Shown in pieces: positions 11,664 to 22,685 of a DNA stretch of 64,000 nucleotides. Each line of letters begins with the position of its first letter. Position 1 is the first letter of the stretch. Source of the stretch: a plasmid. A program made the position numbers and the translations under genes. The stretch lies in the sequence record NZ_CP148139.1; one strand, 5' to 3'. The notes below the pieces were generated by a model. That model did no database searches and was not told the origin of the DNA. It worked only from the letters and a program-made list of their open reading frames with translations.

Positions 11664-12731
11664 TTGACAGGAATTCTTAGCCAACTGTACGTACTTTATG
11701 CTGACATCAGCAACCGAGTCATGGACACACTATCTGATTTTGCCCCAAGAGTAGAAACGTATAGTATCGACGAGCAGTATCTAGATATGACCGGCATGTC
11801 TAGAAACTTTCCATTAGAAGATTACGGTCGCAAGATACAACAACGAATTTTGCAGATAGCTCATGTACCGGTCGGTGTTGGTTTTGCTCAAACTAAAACA
11901 CTGGCTAAACTGGCAAACCATGCTGCTAAAACATGGACCAAAACAGGCGGTGTAGTCGATTTGAGTGCTACTTCACGCCAGAAACGGCTCATGTCCCTTG
12001 TGCCTGTTAATGAAGTATGGGGTGTGGGTAGAAAAATAAGTAACCGGCTAAATGCTATGGGGATAGTTACAGCGCTTGATTTGGCTAGGGCTGAAACAAC
12101 CATGATCCGTAAAACATTCGGTGTGGTTGTAGAACGCACTGTGAGAGAGCTGAACGGTGAATCTTGCATCGAGCTTGAAGAAGTAGCAAAAACTAAAGAG
12201 CAAATCATTTGTTCACGTTCATTTGGAAAAAAAATTGAGCTCTATGAGCATATGCATCAGGCTATCTGCGAGTATTCAGAGAGAGCAGCAGAGAAACTTC
12301 GAGCTGAAAAACGAGTCTGTTCCTTTGTTTCTGTTTTTATCCAAACCAGCCATTACGCCAGCGGACCTCAATACTACAACCACCGTTCTGAACGGTTAGA
12401 ATATCCAAGTGCTGATACAAGAGACATTATCAATGCAGCAGTGCGTCTGTTAAAGACCATCTGGAAATCGGGAGTTAAATATCACAAAGCTGGCATCATG
12501 CTCACTGATTTTTCTGATCCATCAGTTACTCAACTTAATTTATTTTCTGATAGTAAACCCTACAAAGGAAGTGAACAATTGATGAAAACCTTGGACCAGA
12601 TAAATAATCGAGGTGTTAGCAAAATATGGTTCGCTGGAAAGGGAATGGACACAAACTGGCGCATGAAGCGAGAAATGCTTTCACCGGCATACACTACGAG
12701 AATTTCAGATCTTCCCGTAGTGAAGATTTAG
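11664..12731 (+). pseudogene. umuC: umuC/mucB/rumB-like Y-family polymerase V subunit, lacking about 65 N-terminal codons (5'-truncated remnant); no umuD partner present
   Basis: The ORF is collinear with E. coli UmuC starting from its internal YADMSNRVM motif (here LYADISNRVMDTL) through the C-terminal end (LSPAYTTRISDLPVVKI vs LSPRYTTRSSDLLRVK). Upstream DNA shows no N-terminal coding and no umuD. Confidence 0.8.
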
Positions 12732-13082
12732 AGGAAATCCACCAGCGTATTCAGCAGGATTCACCGCAATCCTACAATTGCTTCAACCAGTATACCTAAA
12801 TTGAGAACGTCTTTCGTTTAGAATTATATTCATATTTCTGAACATTATTAAGATAATGAAACAATCATTATCAATTTATGATTGTTGCGATATGTCATTG
12901 ATATGATTATCTTTAACACTTTTACCCTCTGGAGTTGTTCGCCTTTAACTAATTGATAGCAATGCACATAAATCGAAATGATGCCGTTTTCCTTATGTAA
13001 CTAAGGAAAATAGAAAATCCTGTGTGATAGCCTTACGTCGAATAAAAATAATACCTAGTTACACAATGACAAGGCGAGGACT

Positions 13083-14129
13083 ATGAATACTAACGCAGCA
13101 ATTTCAACGAATAGCAGTCAACAAAATTCGAATATGAGCAAGGTACTTCTCAATGACCTACCCTACCCTACTCTGAAGAAAAATACTGAAGCGCACAATA
13201 TCTCAACATTACGCAAAATGTCTGATGCCTTTGAGGAAAAGGTGTGTTCGCGTGGTGATATTTATCGCGTTAACGTTGAGTTACTGTACGTACAGGAAGG
13301 TTTCAATCTTCGGGAGATTGATACTGAACATGCTGGACGAATCAAGAATTCGTATGTATCAGGTGTTTATGTTCCACCTATCGTTGTGAAAGTTATAACG
13401 GTTGATAATCTGCCACGCTTACAGATTATTGATGGACACCACAGATATTGCGCTCTACGCATGGCAATGGAAGAAGGATGCACGATTAAAGGCGTATACG
13501 TCACGGAGTTCTCAGGCAGTCAGCAACTTGAGATCGTCAATATGCTGACATCTTCAGAAGGAAAACCTTTAGCTCCGTTAGAAAAAGCTGATGGTTTCCA
13601 TCGTTTACTTAGTATGGGATGGGAAAAAAAGGAAATTGCACGATATACGAACACAAGTGTTGTTACGATCAACAGATTATTACGCTTGTTCCGAGCAGAT
13701 TACAGAATCACTGATCTTGTCAGAAAGAACCTGATTACTTCAGATTTAGCCATAGAAATACTGCTTGAGTGTGAAGAAACTAATCAAGAGGCATATGATG
13801 TGATCATTGCAGGATTGCAGAAGGCGACTGACAGCGGCAAAAATAAAGTCACACGGAAATTTGTACCTTCAGCGAAGAAAGTACCTTTTTCAAAAAAAGA
13901 AATACATTCCGTGTTTTCACAATTAAGTGAAATCCGCACAACAATTCACGACAAAGTTGCTGATATTCAAGAAAATGATGAAACAGTGACTGTCGAAATG
14001 CCGGTAACAATTGTGACCCTGCTTAATGATGTTCTTCAGAAGTTTGCGAATGATGAATCCGCCGCATCTAATGATGATGAGAACGAACCGAGCAAAACCG
14101 AATCCAACACTGAAGCTATTCAGGCTTAA
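13083..14129 (+). CDS. ParB/Srx-fold N-terminal domain protein (ParB-like nuclease), acidic C-terminal tail
   Basis: The IIDGHHRYCAL motif is characteristic of the ParB N-terminal domain. The gene is translationally coupled to the ssb-like gene. Confidence 0.6.
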   Translation: MNTNAAISTNSSQQNSNMSKVLLNDLPYPTLKKNTEAHNISTLRKMSDAFEEKVCSRGDIYRVNVELLYVQEGFNLREIDTEHAGRIKNSYVSGVYVPPIVVKVITVDNLPRLQIIDGHHRYCALRMAMEEGCTIKGVYVTEFSGSQQLEIVNMLTSSEGKPLAPLEKADGFHRLLSMGWEKKEIARYTNTSVVTINRLLRLFRADYRITDLVRKNLITSDLAIEILLECEETNQEAYDVIIAGLQKATDSGKNKVTRKFVPSAKKVPFSKKEIHSVFSQLSEIRTTIHDKVADIQENDETVTVEMPVTIVTLLNDVLQKFANDESAASNDDENEPSKTESNTEAIQA

Positions 14130-14131
14130 CT

Positions 14132-14476
14132 ATGGAATTACTTAACAAGGTGCAACTGATCGCACGATTAGGTTCGTCCCCGAAAGATAATCTGAAGTAT
14201 TCAGAACGTAACGGTGAGGCAATGACCTACTTCTCTGTTGCAATTAACCGGCATGACTCTAAAGGAAACCCGATAACAGATTGGTTTAACATTAGTGCAT
14301 ACGGAAAAATAGCAGAAATAGCAGCTAATTTTGGTCAGAAAGGACAACTTGTTTACATCGAAGCAAGGCTACAACCGACTAATAATTCCTGTTCTATAAT
14401 AATGAATTACCAGACAGGTGTGTTTAGAGTATTACCTAATAGTAAAAATACAAATGCAGGAGAGCAGAATGGCTAA
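14132..14476 (+). CDS. ssb: Single-strand DNA-binding (OB-fold) protein, short plasmid-type SSB
   Basis: VQLIARLGSSPKDNLKYSERNGEAMTYFSVAINRHDSKGNPITDWFNISAYGKIAEIAANFGQKGQLVYIEARLQ parallels the E. coli SSB core (VILVGNLGQDPEVRY...WHRVVLFGKLAEVA..YLRKGSQVYIEGQLR). Confidence 0.55.
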   Translation: MELLNKVQLIARLGSSPKDNLKYSERNGEAMTYFSVAINRHDSKGNPITDWFNISAYGKIAEIAANFGQKGQLVYIEARLQPTNNSCSIIMNYQTGVFRVLPNSKNTNAGEQNG

Positions 14477-14891
14477 GGCAGACCAAATTTCAAATTGTAA
14501 CGTTCAAAATCCTAATTATGTGATGGCAGAAATGAAACGAGATCAAACAGTTCTAAACTATGCCCTATTTAAAGCGCGTGAGAAGCTACACGAGCTCAAA
14601 CACCTAATGAATACGTCACAGTGCAGTGAAAGTGAAATTTTGCGCTATAACGGGGTTTTGGAGATGCTGGATAGCATATTTTCATCAGATGAAAAGGAAC
14701 GTCAGAACTTATATCACTCTATGATCATGTCTGGTGTACAAATCATGTCCGGTAAGTTAAGTGGTGAGAATAGACAAGCCGTATTAGAAGCAACGACACC
14801 AGATCAGTTGGATGAGGTTTTAAAAGCCTCGGAAAATGAGGTATGGACTGAGTTGCAACTGCTATGTGAACAGCAGAACAACCTAAACTAA
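14469..14891 (+). CDS. Hypothetical protein
   Basis: ORF with RBS gcaggagagcagaATG, in an operon with the parB-like and ssb-like genes. Confidence 0.4.
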   Translation: MAKADQISNCNVQNPNYVMAEMKRDQTVLNYALFKAREKLHELKHLMNTSQCSESEILRYNGVLEMLDSIFSSDEKERQNLYHSMIMSGVQIMSGKLSGENRQAVLEATTPDQLDEVLKASENEVWTELQLLCEQQNNLN

Positions 14892-14900
14892 GAATCCAAA

Positions 14901-15293
14901 ATGAAACTGACAATATCCTTGCCTTTCATTCTGATAACTACGCTGATCTCAGTGCCAGCGTTGGGTAATAGTTATTCTGCAATGGAAGGGATTGAAGGAC
15001 AGCGATATTCTGATTTAGAGAAATACAAAGCCAACTGTCCAGCTTGTATGAGTGTTGTACAAAACATTAAAGATATCCGCTATCGGGCATGTGCACAATC
15101 AGTCACGACAGATGATGTGATAATTAGGGACCCATTATATGGCTATTTGAATAGTATGAAATTTATGCTAAATAATGATTTGTATAATCAAGTATTGTCT
15201 ATCGTTATTAATGAGAAGGACTGTATTGATAGCTTAAATTGGCTTGAACGAGCCAACTTAAAAATTGAATCATTGGTAAATAAGCCAATTTAG
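14901..15293 (+). CDS. Hypothetical secreted protein with signal peptide (Cys-containing)
   Basis: N-terminal signal peptide MKLTISLPFILITTLISVPALG. Confidence 0.4.
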   Translation: MKLTISLPFILITTLISVPALGNSYSAMEGIEGQRYSDLEKYKANCPACMSVVQNIKDIRYRACAQSVTTDDVIIRDPLYGYLNSMKFMLNNDLYNQVLSIVINEKDCIDSLNWLERANLKIESLVNKPI

Positions 15294-15573
15294 TAAGTGT
15301 AAGCCCATAACTCCCAGCGGTACAATATCGTTAAACAGTCGCTATTTTTCTTCATAAGCATTATTTACGAACCTTTTCGTAACAAATAACGCCGTATAGC
15401 GGCGTTATCACCAAAATATGAATTTATTGTATATATCAGATAACATCTCAACAACAATTTAGTTAAGAACAAAAAGTAGTCGATTTTGATTCAACGTGAC
15501 AGCTATCCCTATTGCAAATTTTAGGAAAAAATGCATTAATCAAGGTAAATTTAACATATGGAAAGGAATATCT

Positions 15574-15877
15574 ATGTCAGAAATGATTTACTTAACGCTA
15601 AAGGGAAACAAGCAAGGGCTTATCTCTGCGGGTTGTTCGAGCTATGATTCAATTGGTAATAAATATCAAGATGGTCATAAAGATCAGATACTTGTCTACT
15701 CAACAACCTATGATCTAGCACGAAAACAAAATGTATCTCACGCGCCATTCATCTTGATAAAAGCCGATGACAAATCCTCCCCCCTTCTGTTAACTGCAAT
15801 GTCAAACAATGAGATTTTAGAGTGCCTTTTTGAATATTATCGCGTAGATAAAAGCGGGGTAATGATTCCTTACAAAA
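15574..15877 (+). pseudogene. hcp: Hcp-like (T6SS tube / Hcp1-family) gene, 3' end removed by IS26 insertion
   Basis: IYLTLKGNKQGLISAGCSSYDSIGNKYQDGHKDQILVYS resembles E. coli Hcp CYISIEGKTQGLITAGACTADSIGDSFVEGHEDEMLV. The reading frame runs into the IS26 left IR at 15878. Confidence 0.5.
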
Positions 15878-16697
15878 GGCACTGTTGCAAATAGTCGGTG
15901 GTGATAAACTTATCATCCCCTTTTGCTGATGGAGCTGCACATGAACCCATTCAAAGGCCGGCATTTTCAGCGTGACATCATTCTGTGGGCCGTACGCTGG
16001 TACTGCAAATACGGCATCAGTTACCGTGAGCTGCAGGAGATGCTGGCTGAACGCGGAGTGAATGTCGATCACTCCACGATTTACCGCTGGGTTCAGCGTT
16101 ATGCGCCTGAAATGGAAAAACGGCTGCGCTGGTACTGGCGTAACCCTTCCGATCTTTGCCCGTGGCACATGGATGAAACCTACGTGAAGGTCAATGGCCG
16201 CTGGGCGTATCTGTACCGGGCCGTCGACAGCCGGGGCCGCACTGTCGATTTTTATCTCTCCTCCCGTCGTAACAGCAAAGCTGCATACCGGTTTCTGGGT
16301 AAAATCCTCAACAACGTGAAGAAGTGGCAGATCCCGCGATTCATCAACACGGATAAAGCGCCCGCCTATGGTCGCGCGCTTGCTCTGCTCAAACGCGAAG
16401 GCCGGTGCCCGTCTGACGTTGAACACCGACAGATTAAGTACCGGAACAACGTGATTGAATGCGATCATGGCAAACTGAAACGGATAATCGGCGCCACGCT
16501 GGGATTTAAATCCATGAAGACGGCTTACGCCACCATCAAAGGTATTGAGGTGATGCGTGCACTACGCAAAGGCCAGGCCTCAGCATTTTATTATGGTGAT
16601 CCCCTGGGCGAAATGCGCCTGGTAAGCAGAGTTTTTGAAATGTAAGGCCTTTGAATAAGACAAAAGGCTGCCTCATCGCTAACTTTGCAACAGTGCC
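15878..16697 (+). mobile_element. IS26: IS26 (820 bp), complete, no 8-bp target duplication
   Basis: Terminal IRs ggcactgttgcaaa (15878-15891) and tttgcaacagtgcc (16684-16697). Tnp26 is inside. The flanking 8-mers differ. Confidence 0.95.
15941..16645 (+). CDS. tnp26: IS26 transposase Tnp26
   Basis: MNPFKGRHFQRDIILWAVRWYCKYGISYRELQEMLAERGVNVDHSTIYRWVQRYAPEMEKRLRWYWRN... matches Tnp26 from memory. Confidence 0.9.
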   Translation: MNPFKGRHFQRDIILWAVRWYCKYGISYRELQEMLAERGVNVDHSTIYRWVQRYAPEMEKRLRWYWRNPSDLCPWHMDETYVKVNGRWAYLYRAVDSRGRTVDFYLSSRRNSKAAYRFLGKILNNVKKWQIPRFINTDKAPAYGRALALLKREGRCPSDVEHRQIKYRNNVIECDHGKLKRIIGATLGFKSMKTAYATIKGIEVMRALRKGQASAFYYGDPLGEMRLVSRVFEM

Positions 16698-17133
16698 CGC
16701 CGATGCGCTCAAGCCGTGGATTGCGCGGCGTGAACGCTGGCCGTCCTTTCTGATCCGGCGCGATCCGCGCGACATCAGCCGTATCTGGGTCCTGGAACCG
16801 GAGGGACAGCATTACCTGGAAATTCCCTACCGTACCTTGTCGCATCCGGCTGTCACCCTCTGGGAACAACGGCAGGCGCTGGCGAAACTGCGGCAGCAAG
16901 GGCGCGAACAGGTGGATGAGTCGGCGCTGTTCCGCATGATCGGCCAGATGCGTGAGATTGTGACCAGCGCGCAGAAGGCCACACGCAAGGCGCGGCGTGA
17001 CGCGGATCGCCGCCAGCACCTCAAGACATCAGCTCGGCCGGACAAGCCCGTTCCGCCGGATACGGATATTGCCGACCCGCAGGCAGACAACTTGCCACCC
17101 GCCAAACCGTTCGACCAGATTGAGGAGTGGTAG
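16698..17133 (+). pseudogene. tniA: tniA (Tn402-type transposase) C-terminal fragment, 5' part deleted by IS26
   Basis: The ORF begins exactly at the IS26 right IR. The C-terminus is R/D-rich and overlaps the tniB start, as in the Tn402 tni module. Confidence 0.75.
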
Positions 17134-17996
17134 CCGTGGACGAATATCCCATCATCGACCTGTCCCACCTGCTGCCGGCGGCCCAGGGCTTGGCCCGTCT
17201 TCCGGCGGACGAGCGCATCCAGCGCCTTCGCGCCGACCGCTGGATCGGCTATCCGCGCGCAGTCGAGGCGCTGAACCGGCTGGAAGCCCTTTATGCGTGG
17301 CCAAACAAGCAACGCATGCCCAACCTGCTGCTGGTTGGCCCGACCAACAATGGCAAGTCGATGATCGTCGAGAAGTTCCGCCGCACCCACCCGGCCAGCT
17401 CCGACGCCGACCAGGAGCACATCCCGGTGTTGGTCGTGCAGATGCCGTCCGAGCCGTCCGTGATCCGCTTCTACGTCGCGCTGCTCGCCGCGATGGGCGC
17501 GCCGCTGCGCCCACGCCCACGGTTGCCGGAAATGGAGCAACTGGCTCTGGCACTGCTGCGCAAGGTCGGCGTGCGCATGCTGGTGATCGACGAGCTGCAC
17601 AACGTGCTGGCCGGCAACAGCGTCAACCGCCGGGAATTCCTCAACCTGCTGCGCTTCCTCGGCAACGAACTGCGCATCCCGTTGGTTGGGGTAGGCACGC
17701 GCGACGCCTACCTAGCCATCCGCTCCGATGACCAGTTGGAAAATCGCTTCGAGCCGATGATGCTGCCGGTATGGGAGGCCAACGACGATTGCTGCTCACT
17801 GCTGGCCAGCTTCGCCGCTTCGCTCCCGCTGCGCCGGCCTTCCCCAATTGCCACGCTGGACATGGCTCGCTACCTGCTCACACGCAGCGAGGGCACCATA
17901 GGGGAACTGGCGCACTTGCTGATGGCGGCGGCCATCGTCGCCGTGGAGAGCGGCGAGGAAGCGATCAACCATCGCACACTCAGCATGGCCTGTTGA
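17127..17996 (+). pseudogene. tniB: tniB (NTP-binding transposition protein), 3' end truncated by IS1326 (tniB-delta as in In2)
   Basis: Walker A motif GPTNNGKS. The ORF terminates at the IS1326 IR (17991). Confidence 0.75.
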
Positions 17997-18018
17997 GTTG
18001 CATCTAAAATTGACCCAC

Positions 18019-19632
18019 TGGGGGTGCGGACGATTTCTTGGACGGTTTATACGGACATCAATCCGACCGCATGACGATACTCGATGGGACTACGCCCGCC
18101 AAGCGACACTTTGATGCGGCGCTCGTTGTACCAGTGGATATAGGCATCGATTCGCGTCATGAGGTCTTTCAGCGTCACGTGCTGCCAATTCCTCGGGTAG
18201 ATTAGTTCGGTCTTCAATCGTCCGAAAAAGCCCTCGCATGCAGCATTGTCTGGCGAGCAGCCCTTTTTGGACATCGACCGCGTTAATTGGGCATTTTCAG
18301 TGCGGCGGATCCACGCAGGCCAGCGATAATGCGAGCCCCTGTCCGAATGGATAACCGGATGCTCACCGGGTCGCAGTGTCCGTACCGCGTGATCCAGCAT
18401 GGTATTGACCAGGTTCGCATCCGGGCTGGTGCCGATATTCCAGGCCACCACCAGCCCATCGAAGCAATCGACGATCGGCGAGACGTAGACCTTCCCTGCC
18501 GGAATGTGTATTTCCGTCAGATCGGTCAACCATTTCGTATTCGGCGCCGACGCGTGAAAGTCGCGATTCAGCAGATTCGGGACCGCTGGTGTCGGGTCGC
18601 CAGCATACGCCGAGAAGCGCCGGCGGCGCGGTGTTCTCACGACCAGACGCTCTTGCGCCATCAAGCGACGCACGACCTTCTCGGACACACGCATGCCACC
18701 AAGGCGCAAGGCACTATCAATGCGTCGATAGCCATAGCAGCGGTAGTTGTCCTCGAAGATAGTCCGAATGACCTCACGCACCTGCGTGTACTTGTCGGGC
18801 CGCGTCTGCCGCAGGCGTTGATAGAAGTATGTGCTGCGCGCCAGCTTCAGGCCGCACAACAGATTGGCTAATGGAAACGTGACTCTGAGGGCATCAACCA
18901 CCTTCGTTTTTTCTCGGCTTGTCAGTTCGAGGGGGTTGATGCCCATGTCTTTTTTTATCAATTCACTCGCCTTCTCCAGAATTGCATTCTCCATGCGAAG
19001 CCGCTGGTTCTGGCTCTCCAGTTCGGCCAGTTCCCTGAGTAGTGCCTCATGCCGCTGCTCGAGCGAGGTGTCACCTTTCTTCTTTGTCATGGGTTTTAGG
19101 GGCACTTTGCCAAGTAATCGATGCTGCCAGTTATACAACGTTGGTCGCGATACACCGACAGTGTCGGCCACATCCTTTGCCGAACCTACGCGCAGGTTCA
19201 GTGCAATGACGGCTTGCTGCTTCTCGAGGCGAGAGCGGGCGACTGTGGGAGCGCTGCTGCCGACGACCGTCCTAGCGAATTCAGGGCGTAAATCACGGAT
19301 CCAGGCACGCAAGGCCTCGCGGCTTGGGTAGCCCAGGCTTCGGATTGTGTGACTCAGGCAGTAGCCTTGTTCGATATAGTGATCTACTGCCCGTTGCTTT
19401 TGCTCATCGGTGTACTGCCGTTTTATCCGTTGATAGCCTCGGCGAAGATCCTGATTCCGTTCGAATTCTGCCAACCAGGCCTTCAGCGAGTTCTTGGTGG
19501 GGTATCCCAGCTGCCGTAGTGTGGCGCTCATCCGGCGCCCAAGCTTCAGGTACAACCTCACGGCTCGAAGGCGATCTTCATACGAATACATGAACTACTC
19601 CTAAAGTAGTCCAAGATTTTGTCCGCACCCCA
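18019..19632 (-). mobile_element. IS1353: IS1353 (IS3 family) inserted in IS1326
   Basis: Imperfect IRs tgggggtgcggac ... gtccgcacccca. About 1614 bp, matching IS1353 size. IS3-family transposase ORF inside. Confidence 0.7.
18047..19591 (-). CDS. IS1353 IS3-family transposase (orfA and orfB read as one 514-aa frame)
   Basis: N-terminal HTH region, a central leucine zipper (LRELAELESQNQRLRMENAILEKA) and a C-terminal DDE integrase core. Confidence 0.75.
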   Translation of the reverse strand: MYSYEDRLRAVRLYLKLGRRMSATLRQLGYPTKNSLKAWLAEFERNQDLRRGYQRIKRQYTDEQKQRAVDHYIEQGYCLSHTIRSLGYPSREALRAWIRDLRPEFARTVVGSSAPTVARSRLEKQQAVIALNLRVGSAKDVADTVGVSRPTLYNWQHRLLGKVPLKPMTKKKGDTSLEQRHEALLRELAELESQNQRLRMENAILEKASELIKKDMGINPLELTSREKTKVVDALRVTFPLANLLCGLKLARSTYFYQRLRQTRPDKYTQVREVIRTIFEDNYRCYGYRRIDSALRLGGMRVSEKVVRRLMAQERLVVRTPRRRRFSAYAGDPTPAVPNLLNRDFHASAPNTKWLTDLTEIHIPAGKVYVSPIVDCFDGLVVAWNIGTSPDANLVNTMLDHAVRTLRPGEHPVIHSDRGSHYRWPAWIRRTENAQLTRSMSKKGCSPDNAACEGFFGRLKTELIYPRNWQHVTLKDLMTRIDAYIHWYNERRIKVSLGGRSPIEYRHAVGLMSV

Positions 19633-19713
19633 ACTTAGGGTAAAGATTTGCGTCGAAATTTGACCCACGTATGACACTGTTTCCCGTCTGGATATGGCGG
19701 GAGAAATCAAGGA

Positions 19714-21237
19714 GTGATAAACGTGGCGATATTGAGCGCAATTCGACGCTGGCATTTTCGCGATGGTGCGTCGATTCGGGAAATAGCCCGACGAAGCGGC
19801 CTGTCCAGGAACACCGTTCGCAAGTATTTGCAAAGCAAGGTGGTTGAACCGCAGTACCCAGCGCGAGACAGCGTTGGCAAGTTAAGTCCTTTTGAGCCCA
19901 AGTTAAGGCAGTGGCTCTCCACCGAGCACAAAAAGACAAAGAAGCTGCGCAGAAACCTGCGCAGCATGTACCGGGATTTGGTCGCTTTGGGCTTTACCGG
20001 GTCTTATGACCGAGTGTGTGCCTTTGCCCGACAGTGGAAAGATTCCGAACAGTTCAAGGCGCAAACCTCGGGCAAGGGTTGTTTCATCCCCTTGCGCTTT
20101 GCTTGTGGCGAAGCCTTCCAATTCGATTGGAGTGAGGACTTTGCCCGCATAGCGGGCAAACAGGTCAAACTTCAGATTGCCCAGTTTAAGTTGGCCCACA
20201 GCCGGGCCTTTGTGCTTCGGGCTTACTACCAGCAAAAACATGAAATGCTGTTTGATGCCCACTGGCATGCCTTTCAAATCTTCGGTGGCATTCCCAAGCG
20301 CGGCATCTACGACAACATGAAGACCGCTGTGGATTCGGTGGGGCGTGGCAAAGAGCGCAGGGTCAATCAGCGGTTCACTGCCATGGTCAGCCACTACCTG
20401 TTTGATGCGCAGTTCTGTAATCCAGCATCGGGTTGGGAGAAAGGCCAGATTGAGAAGAACGTGCAGGATTCCCGCCAACGCCTGTGGCAAGGGGCACCAG
20501 ACTTTCAAAGCCTTGCTGATTTGAATGTGTGGCTTGAGCATCGCTGCAAAGCGCTGTGGTCTGAGCTGCGCCACCCCGAATTGGACCAAACCGTGCAAGA
20601 GGCCTTTGCCGATGAACAAGGCGAGTTGATGGCGCTACCCAATGCCTTTGATGCATTCGTGGAGCAAACCAAGCGAGTCACTTCAACCTGCCTTGTTCAC
20701 CACGAGGGCAATCGCTACAGCGTTCCTGCCAGTTACGCCAACAGGGCCATCAGCCTTCGGATTTATGCAGACAAGCTGGTGATGGCTGCCGAAGGCCAAC
20801 ACATTGCCGAGCATCCAAGATTGTTTGGCAGTGGCCACGCTCGGCGTGGCCACACACAATACGACTGGCACCATTACTTGTCTGTGCTTCAGAAGAAACC
20901 TGGGGCGTTGCGCAATGGTGCGCCATTTGCTGAATTGCCACCCGCGTTCAAGAAGCTTCAATCCATCTTGCTGCAACGCCCCGGCGGTGACCGTGACATG
21001 GTGGAAATTCTGGCCCTTGTATTGCACCACGATGAAGGTGCGGTACTCAGTGCTGTGGAATTGGCATTGGAGTGTGGCAAGCCATCGAAGGAGCATGTGC
21101 TTAATCTGTTGGGACGTTTGACCGAAGAACCTCCACCCAAACCGATTCCAATTCCCAAGGGGTTAAGGCTGACATTGGAACCACAGGCCAACGTGAACCG
21201 CTATGACAGTTTAAGGAGAGCCCATGATGCAGCATGA
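19714..21237 (+). CDS. istA: IS1326 IstA transposase
   Basis: 507-aa IS21-family IstA, with the 4-nt overlap with istB typical of IS21 elements. Confidence 0.85.
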   Translation: MINVAILSAIRRWHFRDGASIREIARRSGLSRNTVRKYLQSKVVEPQYPARDSVGKLSPFEPKLRQWLSTEHKKTKKLRRNLRSMYRDLVALGFTGSYDRVCAFARQWKDSEQFKAQTSGKGCFIPLRFACGEAFQFDWSEDFARIAGKQVKLQIAQFKLAHSRAFVLRAYYQQKHEMLFDAHWHAFQIFGGIPKRGIYDNMKTAVDSVGRGKERRVNQRFTAMVSHYLFDAQFCNPASGWEKGQIEKNVQDSRQRLWQGAPDFQSLADLNVWLEHRCKALWSELRHPELDQTVQEAFADEQGELMALPNAFDAFVEQTKRVTSTCLVHHEGNRYSVPASYANRAISLRIYADKLVMAAEGQHIAEHPRLFGSGHARRGHTQYDWHHYLSVLQKKPGALRNGAPFAELPPAFKKLQSILLQRPGGDRDMVEILALVLHHDEGAVLSAVELALECGKPSKEHVLNLLGRLTEEPPPKPIPIPKGLRLTLEPQANVNRYDSLRRAHDAA

Positions 21238-22009
21238 AGGCCATGTGAGAATCCTCAAATCCTTGAAACTCTTTGGCATGGCACACGCCATTGAGGAGTT
21301 GGGCAATCAGAATTCACCAGCATTTAATCAAGCCTTGCCCATGCTGGACAGCTTGATTAAAGCTGAAGTGGCAGAGCGTGAAGTACGTTCGGTGAACTAT
21401 CAATTGCGGGTGGCCAAGTTCCCCGTGTATCGGGACTTGGTGGGCTTTGACTTCAGTCAAAGCCTGGTTAATGAGGCCACGGTCAAACAATTGCACCGGT
21501 GCGACTTCATGGAACAAGCCCAGAACGTGGTGCTGATTGGTGGGCCAGGCACAGGCAAGACTCACCTGGCCACAGCCATTGGTACACAAGCAGTGATGCA
21601 CTTGAACCGACGGGTGCGTTTCTTCTCCACCGTGGATTTGGTCAATGCACTGGAGCAAGAGAAATCATCTGGGCGTCAGGGACAAATCGCAAACCGTCTG
21701 TTGTATGCCGATTTGGTGATTCTGGATGAGCTGGGATATTTGCCTTTTAGCCAAACCGGTGGGGCACTGCTGTTTCACCTGCTCTCAAAGCTGTACGAAA
21801 AAACCAGCGTGATACTGACCACCAACTTGAGCTTCTCGGAATGGAGCCGAGTGTTTGGCGATGAAAAGATGACAACAGCGTTGTTGGACCGACTAACCCA
21901 CCACTGCCACATCCTGGAAACCGGCAATGAAAGTTACCGCTTCAAACACAGTTCAACTCAGAATAAGCAGGAGGAAAAACAGACCCGCAAACTGAAAATC
22001 GAGACATAA
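21224..22009 (+). CDS. istB: IS1326 IstB helper ATPase
   Basis: Walker [12 protein letters not shown] and Walker B VILDELGY; 261 aa. Confidence 0.85.
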   Translation: MMQHEGHVRILKSLKLFGMAHAIEELGNQNSPAFNQALPMLDSLIKAEVAEREVRSVNYQLRVAKFPVYRDLVGFDFSQSLVNEATVKQLHRCDFMEQAQNVVLIGGPGTGKTHLATAIGTQAVMHLNRRVRFFSTVDLVNALEQEKSSGRQGQIANRLLYADLVILDELGYLPFSQTGGALLFHLLSKLYEKTSVILTTNLSFSEWSRVFGDEKMTTALLDRLTHHCHILETGNESYRFKHSSTQNKQEEKQTRKLKIET

Positions 22010-22184
22010 TTCTGACAACAAGGGGTGGGTCAAAATTCAATGCAAATCCCGGGTCAAATTTGGGTGCAAATCAACAGATATCGACAACCTCTCGCGCAAC
22101 CAAGACATCGCGGTCGGACTGCAAGTGATCTTGAAGCCACGGGCCCGTCCCACCCCGACATGGACCTCGATGCCCGAACGGACG

Positions 22185-22685
22185 TTAGATTTCGAGTTCT
22201 AGGCGTTCTGCGATGAAGGTTGGATCCCAGCCGGGATTGAAAGTGTCGACGTGGGTGAATCCGAGCCGCTCGTATAGGCCACGCAGGTTCGGGTGGCAGT
22301 CGAGCCGCAGCTTGGCGCACCCCTGCGTTCGCGCGGCATGGCGGCAAGCCTCGATCAGCGCGGAGCTGACACCCCGGCCCGCATGTGTCCGTCGCACCGC
22401 GAGCTTGTGCAGATATGCGGCCTCCCCCTTGAGGGCGTCGGGCCAGAACTCGGGATCCTCGGCCGACAAGGTGCAACAGCCGACGATGCCGTCGCTGCAA
22501 CTCGCGACTAGGAGCTCGGATCTCAGGACGAAGGTCTCCGCGAATGTCCGGTCGATCCGCGCGACGTCCCAGGCGGGCGTTCCCTTGGCGGACATCCACG
22601 CCGCAGCGTCGTGCATCAGCCGCACAACCTCGTCGATATCACCCGAGCAGGCGACCCGAACGTTCGGAGGCTCCTCGCTGTCCAT
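22185..22685 (-). CDS. orf5: orf5 GNAT acetyltransferase of the class 1 integron 3'-CS
   Basis: MDSEEPPNVRVACSGDIDEVVRLMHDAAAWM... matches orf5 from memory. Confidence 0.85.
   Translation of the reverse strand: MDSEEPPNVRVACSGDIDEVVRLMHDAAAWMSAKGTPAWDVARIDRTFAETFVLRSELLVASCSDGIVGCCTLSAEDPEFWPDALKGEAAYLHKLAVRRTHAGRGVSSALIEACRHAARTQGCAKLRLDCHPNLRGLYERLGFTHVDTFNPGWDPTFIAERLELEI

Larger units (their letters stand above)
17991..22075 (+). mobile_element. IS1326: IS1326 (IS21 family) interrupted by IS1353
   Basis: Terminal repeats tgttgagttgcatctaaaattgaccc (left) and gggtcaaatttgggtgcaaatcaaca (right). The length of 4085 bp equals IS1326 plus IS1353. IstA (507 aa) and IstB (261 aa) are present. 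Confidence 0.8.

Noticed and set aside
16536-17847. Numerous 60-260-aa ORFs on both strands within tniA/tniB
   Set aside because: They are high-GC antisense or alternative-frame artefacts inside known tni coding sequence.
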